This document shows positions 49,395 through 59,282 of a stretch of DNA of 64,000 nucleotides, one piece after another; position 1 is the stretch's first letter, and each line of letters starts with the position of its first letter. The notes below the pieces were generated by a model. That model saw only the letters and a program-made list of their open reading frames with translations. It made no database searches and had not been told where the DNA came from. Source of the stretch: an uncultured delta proteobacterium (lineage in GTDB: Bacteria > Desulfobacterota > Binatia > HRBIN30 > BPIQ01); assembly GCA_963761335.1 (NCBI GenBank), contig CAVXGR010000018.1, positions 1,123,522 to 1,187,521 of the forward strand, written 5' to 3'. The position numbers were made by a program, and so were the translations under genes.

Positions 49395-50924
49395 GTGAGA
49401 GCAGACCTCTACTCGTTCGAGGATCTCTGGCGCCAGTACCGCGCCTGCCGCCGCAACAAACGGAACACGCTCAATCAGCTCCGGTTCGAGATCGACGCGG
49501 AGCGCAATCTTCTCGATCTGCAACGCGAGCTGCGAGGCCACACGTATCAGCCGGGGCCCTCCATCTGCTTTGTGACCGACGGGCCGAAGCCACGCGAGGT
49601 GTTCGCGGCGGATTTCCGCGATCGGATCGTTCACCACCTGCTTGTTTCCCGCCTCGAGGCGATCTTCGAGCCGCGCTTCATTCATGACTCGTACGCGTGC
49701 CGGAAGGGTAAAGGGGTGCTGGCGGCAAGCGATCAGCTGATGGAGTTTATGCGGCGGGTCACGCGCAACGGGCAACGACCCGCGTGGGCGCTGCACCTCG
49801 ACGTGGCCCGGTTCTTCGCCTCGATTGACAAGGAAACGCTGTACCGGATCATCGCCCGGCGCATCCGCGATCCCGAGGTACTATGGCTGACCGGGAGCAT
49901 CCTTTTTCACGATCCAACGACCAACTATCGTTTCAGGCGAGGACCGCGAGGCATCGATCATCCTGGTTCGCTGGGATATCCAGTCCCGTCGCAGAGAAGC
50001 TTGTTCGGTGCGAACAATGAGCGCGGGCTGCCCATCGGCAATCTCACGAGCCAGTTCTGGGCGAACGTGTACCTCAATGAGCTGGACCAGTTCGCGAAGC
50101 GCCGGCTCAGGTGCCGGCACTACGTGCGCTACGTCGATGATCTCGTGTTGCTCGACGAAGACCAAGAGACGCTGCGCGAGTGGCGCGAGCGGATCGGTGA
50201 CTTTCTGCAGCAGGAATTGAAGCTCGCCTTGCGCGAGCCCAAGGCGGAACCAAAGCCCACTCGCAGGGGTATCGAGTTCGTGGGCTGGAAGACCTTCTAC
50301 AGCTACCGCCTGCCGCGCAAGCGAACTCTTGCAAGCTGCGACCGGCGACTGGAGCGATTCGAGCAGAGGGAGGTGCGCAACCTGTGGCGTGGCGCAGCTC
50401 GGTGCATCGCGATCTCTCGACGGGATGGTGGTGGGAAATCTGCGCTCGAGGCGCTCCACGCTACCCTGGCTTCCTACAGCGGTCATCTTCGACACGGTGC
50501 GACATGGGACAGGTGGACGGCTCTCTGGCAGCGGTATCCTTGGCTGGACGCGATCTTCGCCCGCGAGGGATGGGGCGTGAGATTGCGCTGGCCGACCCAG
50601 GCGATCGGGGGACCGCGGTTTGCGCGGCAGTACCGGCGGCTGGTCCGCAAGGTCGGTGAACGCACTCTTGTGTTCTGTCAGGTGGGCACGTTCATCGAGT
50701 TCTACGGTTTGCAGCGCCTGCTTGCCACGGATGTCCTCCGCCTTTCGCCGGCTGCCGTCCCGCGCGGGGGCTTCGGGCTCTGCGTCGGCTTTCCGGCGAA
50801 GATGCGAGTCGAGTATGTCTCCCGTGCGGTGCGCGCAGGCTGCGTTGCGGTGGATGTTCGCGAGGTGGGGCAACTCAGCCCGCGATGTGCCCAGCGCCAG
50901 GTGACGTGCGTTTTTTTTGCGTGA
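49395..50924 (+). CDS. DGR reverse transcriptase with a C-terminal MutS-I-like domain
   Basis: KPREVFAADFRDRIVHH, DSYACRKGKG, GLPIGNLTSQFWANVYL and YVRYVDD motifs. C-terminus LVFCQVGTFIEFY..VGFP..Y..RAVRAG. GTG start chosen downstream of the TR. Confidence 0.93.
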   Translation: MRADLYSFEDLWRQYRACRRNKRNTLNQLRFEIDAERNLLDLQRELRGHTYQPGPSICFVTDGPKPREVFAADFRDRIVHHLLVSRLEAIFEPRFIHDSYACRKGKGVLAASDQLMEFMRRVTRNGQRPAWALHLDVARFFASIDKETLYRIIARRIRDPEVLWLTGSILFHDPTTNYRFRRGPRGIDHPGSLGYPVPSQRSLFGANNERGLPIGNLTSQFWANVYLNELDQFAKRRLRCRHYVRYVDDLVLLDEDQETLREWRERIGDFLQQELKLALREPKAEPKPTRRGIEFVGWKTFYSYRLPRKRTLASCDRRLERFEQREVRNLWRGAARCIAISRRDGGGKSALEALHATLASYSGHLRHGATWDRWTALWQRYPWLDAIFAREGWGVRLRWPTQAIGGPRFARQYRRLVRKVGERTLVFCQVGTFIEFYGLQRLLATDVLRLSPAAVPRGGFGLCVGFPAKMRVEYVSRAVRAGCVAVDVREVGQLSPRCAQRQVTCVFFA

Positions 50925-51201
50925 CCCAGCCTCGAACTGCTTTGGCAGGAGCCCCGCCAGCCACACCCCAAAGACGGCTACGGGTACTCCCGCTTCTGCG
51001 ACCTGTACCGAGCGGGACATCTTGGAGCCGGCGCGACGCAGATGGAGCCGTGCGTTCATCGAGCTGTCGGCCACCGCGCCGGGCTTCCCGTATCCCGAGG
51101 AGCCGGCCCGGGCCGCGTCCCAACTTCGACTGAACGTTGTGCCGGCTGCCACGCATCCAAGACCGCTGGCAAATCTGTCTCATATGTGAGACATCCACAA
51201 G

Positions 51202-51527
51202 GTGATCGTCATCGTCGGAACGTGCGGGCGGGAGATATTGACGTATTGACGCTTCCTGCAGAAGTCCGCGGCGATCTGGCGGACGCGCTGGCGCGCCTCG
51301 ACCTTGGAATGAAACTCTCCATGCCCCTGTCCCGGCCGATGCCGTCCATCGGGCGGGGCGCGCACGAACTGCGACTGAAGGATCGATCCGGGCAGTACCG
51401 AATCCTTTACGTTCTGGCGCGCCCCGGTTTTGTGCACGTGCTCCACGCCTTCAAGAAGAAAACCCAGGCCACGCCCGCGCGGAACATTGCCATTGCAAGA
51501 CAACGACTGAGAGAGGTGCAGCCATGA
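51202..51527 (+). pseudogene. RelE/HigB toxin copy 2, frameshifted
   Basis: 8 bp tandem duplication TATTGACG (51236-51251) relative to copy 1. Confidence 0.8.
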
Positions 51528-51805
51528 AGAAAACATCGGCGTCGCGGATCGCAAGCCAGCTCGGCATCCCCAAGAGCCGGGGCATGGAAGCTGTCCTGAA
51601 GGCACAGCTCATCGCGGCCGTCTGTCGCGAGGTGGAGCGCCGGCAGCTGACGCACGCGGAGCTGGCGAGCCGATCGGGCCTGGGGCGCACCACCGTGACC
51701 GGGATTCTGTCGGGCAGCTTGCAGAAGGTAACGATCAACCGTGTGCTGAGACTCGTCGAAGCGGCGGGCCTGGAGGCGGAGATCAGAGTTCGACGCGCCG
51801 CCTGA
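51524..51805 (+). CDS. XRE/HigA-like antitoxin, copy 2
   Basis: One amino-acid difference from copy 1 (GLGRTT vs GLARTT). Confidence 0.82.
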   Translation: MKKTSASRIASQLGIPKSRGMEAVLKAQLIAAVCREVERRQLTHAELASRSGLGRTTVTGILSGSLQKVTINRVLRLVEAAGLEAEIRVRRAA

Positions 51806-51905
51806 GACCTTGGGCAGCATGCCAGGCGAGGGGGCAACATTGGGGGCAACCCGTCTGGGGCGCTACGCCCATAGCCCGCAAAATCAATGGGTTACGAGGT
51901 CAATG

Positions 51906-52467
51906 CGATTCCCCCCGCCCCTTCGCTCTTCTTCGCTTCGCTCGGAAGAGCTTCGGATGGCATGCCATCCCAGAGCGAAGAAGAGCGAAGGATGCCCTCC
52001 GAAGCTTTAGCGAAGGAGGGAGCCTTGGCGAAGGTTGGGGAGACGCCTCCGAAGCCTTGGCGAAGGAGGGCAGCTCTCACTCTGATCACGCTCACCCTCC
52101 GGACCTTCCCAGCTCTCAGTGGCGGACTGATTGGCGCGGTTGTCGCTGCACCGGACCGCGTGAAGTACGTCTACCTCCTCCGCAGCGTCTCCGTCCCCGC
52201 TCAGCGATACGTCGGTGTTACAGCCGACCTGGGGCAGCGGCTCCGAGCGCACAATAGCGGGGCTTCGCCCCACACGTCGAAGTACAGGCCATGGGAGGTG
52301 GTGACGTTCATTTGCTTTCGAGACGATCGCCGCGCCGTCGAGTTCGAGCGTTACCTGAAGTCTGGATCGGGCATCGCCTTCGCCAGAAAGCGCCTCTGGT
52401 GACGAGGCGCGAGCCCCTGACCGACACCGCGATCCGCTCCGCCAAGCCGCAGGGCAGGGCCTTCAAG
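51906..52467 (+). repeat. Direct repeat copy 2 (att-like tmRNA 3' fragment + GIY-YIG + integrase start)
   Basis: Matches 41977-42543 except for loss of TCCAT and a few SNPs. Confidence 0.92.
52160..52402 (+). CDS. Small GIY-YIG nuclease-family protein, copy 2
   Basis: Same protein as 42236-42478. Confidence 0.88.
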   Translation: MKYVYLLRSVSVPAQRYVGVTADLGQRLRAHNSGASPHTSKYRPWEVVTFICFRDDRRAVEFERYLKSGSGIAFARKRLW

Positions 52468-52790
52468 CTCTTCGACGGCGGCGGCCTCTACCTGGAGGTC
52501 AGCCCCGCCGGCGGCAAGTGGTGGCGCTGGAAGTACCGCCCCGGCGGCCGGGAGAAGCGCCTGTCGCTCCGCAATTCTGCATCGCTCGGTGCGCCGTCTC
52601 CGGCGCGCCGCGGCTCTCGATCCGGCGCAGCACCGCCAGCAGCTCGGGCGCCCTGATCTCGGCGATGGGGCGCTTGCCCATCCACGGGAAGATGTCCCTC
52701 TCGAAACGGCGCAGGATGCGGTCGCCGTGGCTCGCCACCCGGCCGGGCGAGAACCTGGCGTGCCACTCGCGGGCGATGGCCTCGAAGAAA
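52399..52790. pseudogene. Scrambled P4-type integrase remnant
   Basis: Arm-binding domain on + (LTDTAIRSAKP..KLFDGGGLYLEVSPAGGKWWRWKYR); core-binding segment on - (RFERDIFPWMGKRPIAEI..ELLAVLRRIE.RGA.ETAHR). Confidence 0.8.
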
Positions 52791-53052
52791 GCTCCGCGAA
52801 GCCCACGACCGCCTCGCCAGCCACTACGCCCGCCTCACCGAGGGCTTCGACCGCCGCCCGGCCCGCGAAGCCAAGGCCGCCCTCGACGAGCTGGCCGCCC
52901 GGCTCGACGCGTAGCCTACGGCCTCGTAGCGGCGGCGACCGCGAGACTCGTGGCGCGAAGGTCGTGACGACCTGCGCGAGCGGGCGGGCCCGCTGTTTGT
53001 TGGGGGGCGACCCTCGTGGTATGAGGAAACATCATACCCAAGGGGGTTTGCC

Positions 53053-53295
53053 ATGGGAGCCGCGAAGGTCGCGATCACGATAGAAGAGGATCTGCTGAAG
53101 CGGATCGACCAACTGGTGGACCAGAAGAAGTTCGCGAACAGGAGCCGCGCGATTCAGGAGGCGGTTCGAGACAAGCTCGAGCGGCTCGATCGGGGTCGTC
53201 TCGCGCGAGAATGCGCAAAGCTGAGTAAAGGGTCCGAGCAGAGGCTGGCTGACGAGGGGCTGGGGGAGGACCTGAAGGAATGGCCCGAATTCTGA
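53053..53295 (+). CDS. Ribbon-helix-helix antitoxin
   Basis: [21 protein letters not shown]; overlaps the PemK gene. Confidence 0.85.
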   Translation: MGAAKVAITIEEDLLKRIDQLVDQKKFANRSRAIQEAVRDKLERLDRGRLARECAKLSKGSEQRLADEGLGEDLKEWPEF

Positions 53296-53621
53296 GGGGG
53301 GATGTGCTCTGGGCCAACCTGGAGCCCACGGTCGGTCGCGAACAGGCCGGCCAGCGGCCCGTGGTCGTGCTGAGCGCGGACGTGTTCAACGAACGGTCGG
53401 GTACAGTGATCGCCATGGCGCTCACGAGTCAGGAACAGCGAGCTGGGTTCCCGCTCACCCACGAGTTGAAGACGGTGAAGATGAAGAAGCGGGCTTGGGT
53501 GAAGATCAGTCAGGTCCGCACACTCTCGACCCAACGGCTCGGCAGGAAGATCGGACGAGTGTTTCCCGAAGAGCTCGATCGGTTGGTCGAGGGGCTCAAC
53601 GAGATCATCGCCATTTCATAG
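53280..53621 (+). CDS. PemK/MazF toxin
   Basis: [27 protein letters not shown]. Confidence 0.92.
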   Translation: MARILRGDVLWANLEPTVGREQAGQRPVVVLSADVFNERSGTVIAMALTSQEQRAGFPLTHELKTVKMKKRAWVKISQVRTLSTQRLGRKIGRVFPEELDRLVEGLNEIIAIS

Positions 53622-53824
53622 AAGCTCATCCGAGTCTCCAAACCCATTTGCCGATGCCTCATGCGTGTGCCGCCTGCGGAGGCGAGAACCCGGCCGGCGC
53701 GAAACTCTGCAACCAGTGCTTCGGCGCTCGAGCCGTAGCGCCTTGACATCCCGTTTGTCCGCCCCGTATACGGTCCGCCGGCTTACCATGTCCCCTCCCG
53801 TGCAGGGTTCGTAGCTCCTGATTC

Positions 53825-56032
53825 ATGTCTACAACCATGCCGCCCACGATCGGCAACTCGAATCCCTCGATCCGCACGCTCCTGCTGTGCGACCTCGTCG
53901 CGAGCACGCAGCTGATCGAGCGCGTCGGCGACTCGGCAGCCGCCGATTTGCTGGCGCGTCACGACCGGATCGCGCGCGACCTCTTGTCCACGTTCAACGG
54001 CAGGGAAATCGACAAGAGCGATGGCTTCCTGCTGCTGTTCGAGCGGCCGATCGAGGCGGTTCGTTTCGCAATCGCCTATCAGGCCAAGCTGCGCGAGCTC
54101 AGCCCTACGTCCGATTCGACATTGGCCTCGCGGGTCGGCATTCACCTGGGCGAAGTGGTGCTTCGCGAGAACTCGCCGGACGACGTAGCGCGTGGCGCGA
54201 AGCTCGTGGAGGTGGAGGGGCTGGCCAAGGCCATTGCGGCGCGCGTCATGTCTCTGGCCGGAAACGGACGCATCTTGCTCACGCGTGCAGCCTACGACTT
54301 CGCACGACGCGCCGCGGTGGGGATGGAAGATGAAGCGCCGCTGCGTTGGGCCGTGCATGGGCTCTATCGCCTTGCCGGCGTCGAGGATCTCGTCGAGGTG
54401 TGCGAGGTCGCTGAGCCGGGGGAAGCGGACCTGAGGCCGCCTCCCAGCTCGGAGAAGGCCCATCGTGCAGACGACGAAGGCAGGGCGTCGGAAGCGTCCG
54501 ATACCGCACGGGCAAACCCGAACGGCCATGCGATGAAGGCCGTGACCACCGAGCTCCTTCTCGCCGTCCTGGCCTTCGACAATCTGTCGAGTGATCCAGA
54601 GATGCAGTTCTTCTCGGACGGCGTCAGCGAGGAGATCATTCAGCGGCTGTCACGCGGGGCCAAGCTAAAGGTGATCGGCCGCACGTCCAGCTTCCAGTTC
54701 CGCGGCGAACGCAAGGCCGAAGCGGCGCAAAGCCTCCGGTGCTCCCATGTCCTGGACGGCTCCATCCGCCGCGCTGCGGGACGCGTGCGCATCAGCGCGC
54801 ACCTGGTCGAGGCATCGTCGGGGACGACGTTGTGGTCGGAGCGCTACGACCGCAGCCTGGAGGATACCTTCGCGGTTCAAGATGAGATCTCCGAGAACAT
54901 CGCCGGAGCACTGCATCAGGCGTTTTCCAGCTCGGCAACCGGGACGGTCGACGCGGCCGTCTACGACCTCTATCTGCGCGCCAGCCCGAAGTCCTACGCC
55001 CCCGAAGAGCTGCGCGCGCACGTCAGCCTGTTGGAAGTCGTCACCCAGCGCGCGCCGCATTTCGCGGAGGCCTGGGGCCGGCTCGCCTACGTGCGGGCCT
55101 GGCTGCACTTCTATCAGCCTTTTGCCGAGCGCCCGGCGAGCGCCGCGCTCGTAGAGCGCGAGGCGGCTCGCGCTCTGGCGCTCGATCCACAGAGCCTCGA
55201 TGCCATGACGGCGCAGCTCTTCGTCGTTCCGCCGTTCGGACGGTTCATCGAGGGCGACGCGGTCGTGGAGCGTATACGACGGGCACCCGATTCGGGCGAG
55301 AGACGCCGATACCTCGGCTGGTACCTGCGGACGATGGGCCGGGTTCGCGAAAGCCTAGAGGAGACGGAGCGCGCCTATCACCTGGACCCGCTAGATGCGA
55401 TGTCCGCGAATCTCGTCGCGCTCGGGAGAATGGCGGCAGGACGCGTCGCGGAGGCGGTGCCCGTCTATGAGGACCTGGTGGCGCGGGTGCCCGATATGAG
55501 TTTCCCCGTTTCGAGCCTGCTCCGGGCCTATGCCTTCCAGGAAGACTGGGCGGCGGTGGACCGGCTGCTGGCGCTTGCAGCCAAGCGCCAGTTGCGTGAG
55601 TTCCAGGACGGACTGCCATTCATCCGCGCCAAACGCGATCCCTCACCGGAGAACATCGGCGGTTGGCAGCGCGCTCTCGAAGCGCACGTCAAGGCGAGCG
55701 GGTGCGTCGACGTTTCGCGCTTGGTGTATTCAGCGCATTTGGGCCTCGTCGAGGAAGCTTACCACGCGGCTGAGACCGCACGCCTGGGGCCGGTTGGAAG
55801 CAGCAACGACATCATGGGCCCAGACGGCTACCGCACGTCGCTGTTGTTCCAGGCTGGAATGCCCGAATTGCGCAACGACACACGCTTCGCACGCCTATGC
55901 GCGCGGCTGGGGCTCGTCGAGTTCTGGATGACGACGGACAAATGGCCCGACTGCGCCGACGAAGTCCCCTACGATTTCAAACTCGAGTGCGCAAAGGTGC
56001 AACACGTCCCGAAGGAAGACTTCGGGACGTGA
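53825..56032 (+). CDS. Class III nucleotide cyclase-like domain + TolB-N-like + TPR protein
   Basis: LLCDLVAST..IDKSDG..RVGIHLGEV, AVLAFDNLS..FSDGVSEEI and helical repeats. Confidence 0.82.
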   Translation: MSTTMPPTIGNSNPSIRTLLLCDLVASTQLIERVGDSAAADLLARHDRIARDLLSTFNGREIDKSDGFLLLFERPIEAVRFAIAYQAKLRELSPTSDSTLASRVGIHLGEVVLRENSPDDVARGAKLVEVEGLAKAIAARVMSLAGNGRILLTRAAYDFARRAAVGMEDEAPLRWAVHGLYRLAGVEDLVEVCEVAEPGEADLRPPPSSEKAHRADDEGRASEASDTARANPNGHAMKAVTTELLLAVLAFDNLSSDPEMQFFSDGVSEEIIQRLSRGAKLKVIGRTSSFQFRGERKAEAAQSLRCSHVLDGSIRRAAGRVRISAHLVEASSGTTLWSERYDRSLEDTFAVQDEISENIAGALHQAFSSSATGTVDAAVYDLYLRASPKSYAPEELRAHVSLLEVVTQRAPHFAEAWGRLAYVRAWLHFYQPFAERPASAALVEREAARALALDPQSLDAMTAQLFVVPPFGRFIEGDAVVERIRRAPDSGERRRYLGWYLRTMGRVRESLEETERAYHLDPLDAMSANLVALGRMAAGRVAEAVPVYEDLVARVPDMSFPVSSLLRAYAFQEDWAAVDRLLALAAKRQLREFQDGLPFIRAKRDPSPENIGGWQRALEAHVKASGCVDVSRLVYSAHLGLVEEAYHAAETARLGPVGSSNDIMGPDGYRTSLLFQAGMPELRNDTRFARLCARLGLVEFWMTTDKWPDCADEVPYDFKLECAKVQHVPKEDFGT

Positions 56033-56094
56033 CCTAACGTGGTGAGGACGATCGACGGGTGTCGGGCGCAGTGGGAAAACTCTCGTTGCTGGCG

Positions 56095-57120
56095 TTAGTC
56101 ACTCTTGCGCAGATAGGGGGCCAGCTTCTCCGCCAGGACACGAACGTGCGGCTCGTCGAGGATGGTCGCGTGCGAGCCGGGGACCAGGTGCACCTCTACC
56201 GGGCGCGTCGACAGTGCTCCCCACCCCATGTCGTGCGCCGGCGCTCGCAGCAGCCGCCGCGAGCTTCGAAAGAGGACGAGGCGGCTCGAAACCGGGGCCG
56301 GCGTGTAGCGGTAGGTGGCGGCAATGTGCCCCGCTAAGACGCGTTGCAACTGGGCCGGGAACGATGAAACACCGTCGATCAGATCCCCCGCCCCAAGTTC
56401 GGTGCGCACGCCGACGAGGCGCGCCAGCTGCTTGCGCACGACCCGCGCTAGGCGGCGATTCCGCGCCTGCATCTGGACTCCCTCGAGCCGCAGGTAGTCG
56501 CGCAACCAGTACGGCAGCGAGCGCACGAAGTTCACGGCGAAGCGCCAGGCCTCCCACACGCCCCTCTCGCCGGCACCGTCCGGGGCAAAGGCCTCGAGGA
56601 TCGCGACCAAGCCGACCTCGTCGCCGGCGGCCGACAGCTGTCGCGCCATCTCGAAGGCAACCATACCGCCGAAGCAGTAGCCGCCGATGTGATAGGGACC
56701 GCACTCCTGCACCGTACGCATGGCCGCAATGTAATCGCGAGCCATCTCCTCGATGCTGGCGCCGCCACCGGCGGAGTCACCCACGTCGGGCACCTGGAGG
56801 CCGTAGAAGGGCTGGTCGGCACCGAGCGCCTGCGACAGCCTCTGGTAGTCGACGACTCCACCACCGAGCCCGTGGACGCAGAAGAACCGCGGGCGACTGG
56901 TCGTGGTGCTCGCCCGGACGAAGGGCACAAGCACCATCCGTTCGCGAGGCTCCGAGTGTCGATCGAGCAGACGTGCGAGCGACGACACCGTAGTCGCCTC
57001 GATCAACGTCGAAGCGGGCAGCGTAACACCGAACTGCTCCTCGATCTCGATCGTCAGCTCGGCCGCCAGGAGGGAGTCGCCGCCGAGATCGAAGAAGTCG
57101 TCATCCAACCTGATGGTCTG
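56095..57120 (-). pseudogene. NRPS/PKS C-terminal fragment: carrier protein + thioesterase
   Basis: DDFFDLGGDSL and GPYHIGGYCFGG motifs; no convincing start. Confidence 0.78.
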
Positions 57121-57805
57121 CCCGCAGAATCTGATTCGTCAGGCCCATGTCGTGGTACAAGGGCAGCCAGCCGACCATGACGTCGTCCTCGCCGGCACGC
57201 GTGGTGGCAACCGCGCGGCGCTCATACTCGAGCACCGCCGTCTGCGTGAGCAGGACACCCTTCGGCGCCTCGGTCGTGCCGCTGCTGAACTGCACGTAGG
57301 GCGGTTCCGAAGGCGCCCGCGAGCGCCACGGCTCGCCGTCATCGAGCGGCCCGTTCTGTGCGCCGAACGGCAGCGCCACAATCCGGCACCTGCTGCCCTC
57401 CAGTCCCTCGGTCAGAAACGGTTCGAGATCCGCTGTCGTGATCAGGTGCGGCGGACGAATGAAAGCCAGGAGCCGCCTCACCTGCTCGAGATACGACCGC
57501 GTGCGCGTATCACGCGAGAGGTACGGCAGGATGGTCGGGACGGCACCGAGATAGATGGCGCCCCAGAAGGAGGCGACGAGATCGTAGCCATGGTCGAAGA
57601 CCAGGGGAAGAATCTCGCCGGGGCGGATCCCGCGTTCGCGAAGCAACGCGGAGATACGGCGGGCATCGTCGTGCAGGCGTCCGGCGGTCACCTCCTCGGC
57701 ATTCCGGTCGTTGTGGAGAAACGTGTAGACGCGTCGGCTGGGGGCCCGGTCGGCCAGGGAAGCGGGCAGGTCGGCGAGATGCGTCGGCAGCACAGGTCCG
57801 TGCAT
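57101..57805 (-). pseudogene. Fatty acyl-AMP ligase N-terminal fragment
   Basis: YVQFSSGTT..PKGV and WLPLYHDMGL, then terminates abruptly. Confidence 0.8.
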
Positions 57806-58265
57806 GAGAGACCTGCCTTATACCGGTCGGGTTCTCCGAAGTCAGCAGCGAGCCCGTTCCTCGAGAGCGACGCCGCTCACCCTCCGTGATGCTTCGGTGG
57901 GACATCCCCCCGCGTTACTTCAACGCTGCAGGAGTCGGGCGACATCCGTCTTCGGGCCAGATCGGATCCCCTCGGCTCGCCGGCCAGCGAACTGTTGTGA
58001 TTTGCCACGCCGTCCCAGACACGCGGGTCGCCCGGCTCGCGCCACAAACTCTGCGCCGCTTCGTCGTCGAGGCTGCGGAATGTCTTGACGGACATTCTCT
58101 CAGTCCTTCAGTCCCGAACTTTTCCTTGAGCACCTGAGCATCGGCCTTGTCCCGCAGCCGAACGGTGTCACGCTTCATCCGGACGGCAGGTTCTGCGGAA
58201 AGGAATGACGCGGGGAGCAAGTCGGGGCGTTTGTGCCAAGCGCGGCTCTTGGGTATTGAAAAGGT

Positions 58266-58514
58266 ATGAAATCGAATGCCAAGTCGAGCATCACTCTTCC
58301 GCCGGCGGAGGTGCGTTTGGTGCAGTCGTTGAAGGAGCGCTTGAAGCTGAAGAGCAACGTCGAGGTTGTGCGCCGTGGACTTCGCCTGCTGCAGGAAACC
58401 ACCGAGCGCCGAGCACTTCGCGACGCGTACCGCGCCGCGTCGCGCGTCACCCGTCGATCGGTGACTCGCGAGATCGAAGAGCTCGATCATCTCTCCGGCG
58501 AGGGCCTCGATTGA
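58266..58514 (+). CDS. Putative antitoxin (RHH-like)
   Basis: KSSITLP..SNVEVVRRGLRLL; stop overlaps the toxin start. Confidence 0.7.
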   Translation: MKSNAKSSITLPPAEVRLVQSLKERLKLKSNVEVVRRGLRLLQETTERRALRDAYRAASRVTRRSVTREIEELDHLSGEGLD

Positions 58515-58858
58515 AGGCGCCGATACGGCACGGAGGGCTCTATCTCGCTGACCTGAATCCGCGCCAGGGCAGCGAACCGGGCAAGGCCAGGCCGGTCCTC
58601 GTGGTTCAGACGGATCTGCTCAACGAAGTGGGCCACCCCTCGACGTGGATCCTTCCCTGCACGACCCGACGCACGGGAGAGAACCTCCTGCGTGTACCGC
58701 TGCCGCGTGGCATCGCGGGCAACACGGCGGATTGCGAGGTCATGATCGACCAGAGTCGCTCGATCGACAATCGGCGCTTTCGAAGAGCACTCGGCAAGAT
58801 GCCGCGGTCGTTGCTGAACGAGGTGAAGCTCAAGCTGCGGCTGCTCGCTGACCTGTAA
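58511..58858 (+). CDS. PemK/MazF toxin
   Basis: LYLADLNPRQGSEPGKARPVLVVQ..DQSRSIDNRR; TTG start. Confidence 0.88.
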   Translation: MKAPIRHGGLYLADLNPRQGSEPGKARPVLVVQTDLLNEVGHPSTWILPCTTRRTGENLLRVPLPRGIAGNTADCEVMIDQSRSIDNRRFRRALGKMPRSLLNEVKLKLRLLADL

Positions 58859-58984
58859 CCGTTCACGAGTGATCCCGGCGACAGCGGACGGAGACGTCAC
58901 TTTCGGCCGCTCAACTGGCGTACCGGAGGGCAAACGAGCGCGGCCCGCCCGCGGGGGGAGTGCGGCGCTTCGCTCTCGGTCCCG

Positions 58985-59253
58985 CCTCTCCGGCCGAACG
59001 CCAATGCCATTTGTGAGCGCTTCCTGCGCAGCGTGCGGGCCGAGTGCCTCGACCACTTGATCATCTTGGGCGAGCGGTCACTCGCCCTCGATGCTTCGGC
59101 GCTATTGCCGCTACTTCAACAGCGCACGACCGCACCAAGGTGTCGGACAGAAGGTGCCCGGACGGCCAAGAGCCGTCCGGGGATTCCGGCGCTATTGTGG
59201 TGGCGATCCCGGTTCTCGACGGTCTCCATCATGAGTATCGGCGCGCCGCGTAG
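58985..59253 (+). pseudogene. Transposase integrase-core C-terminal fragment
   Basis: PNANAICERFLRSVRAECLDHLIILGE..RPHQG..LDGLHHEYRRAA, spread across frames. Confidence 0.72.
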
Positions 59254-59282
59254 GGCGGATCCGCGAAGTAGCCAGTACGGCG

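Larger units (their letters stand above)
50823..51842 (+). repeat. ~1 kb direct repeat copy 2
   Basis: Matches 44975-45986. Confidence 0.92.

Noticed and set aside
48919..49398. 159 aa ORF across the TR, and the upstream 49308 start for the RT
   Set aside because: The Gln/Glu-rich translation is a by-product of the AAC-rich TR; the region is better explained as template RNA.
49395..50924. RT as a group II intron maturase or retron RT
   Set aside because: It has the LPIGNLTSQ motif, adjacent avd and a TR/VR pair, and no intron DV/DVI follows it. The only intron remnant lies 4.5 kb upstream.
51906..51925. Second tmRNA or tRNA gene
   Set aside because: Only 14 bp of the 3' end are present, consistent with an att-site remnant.
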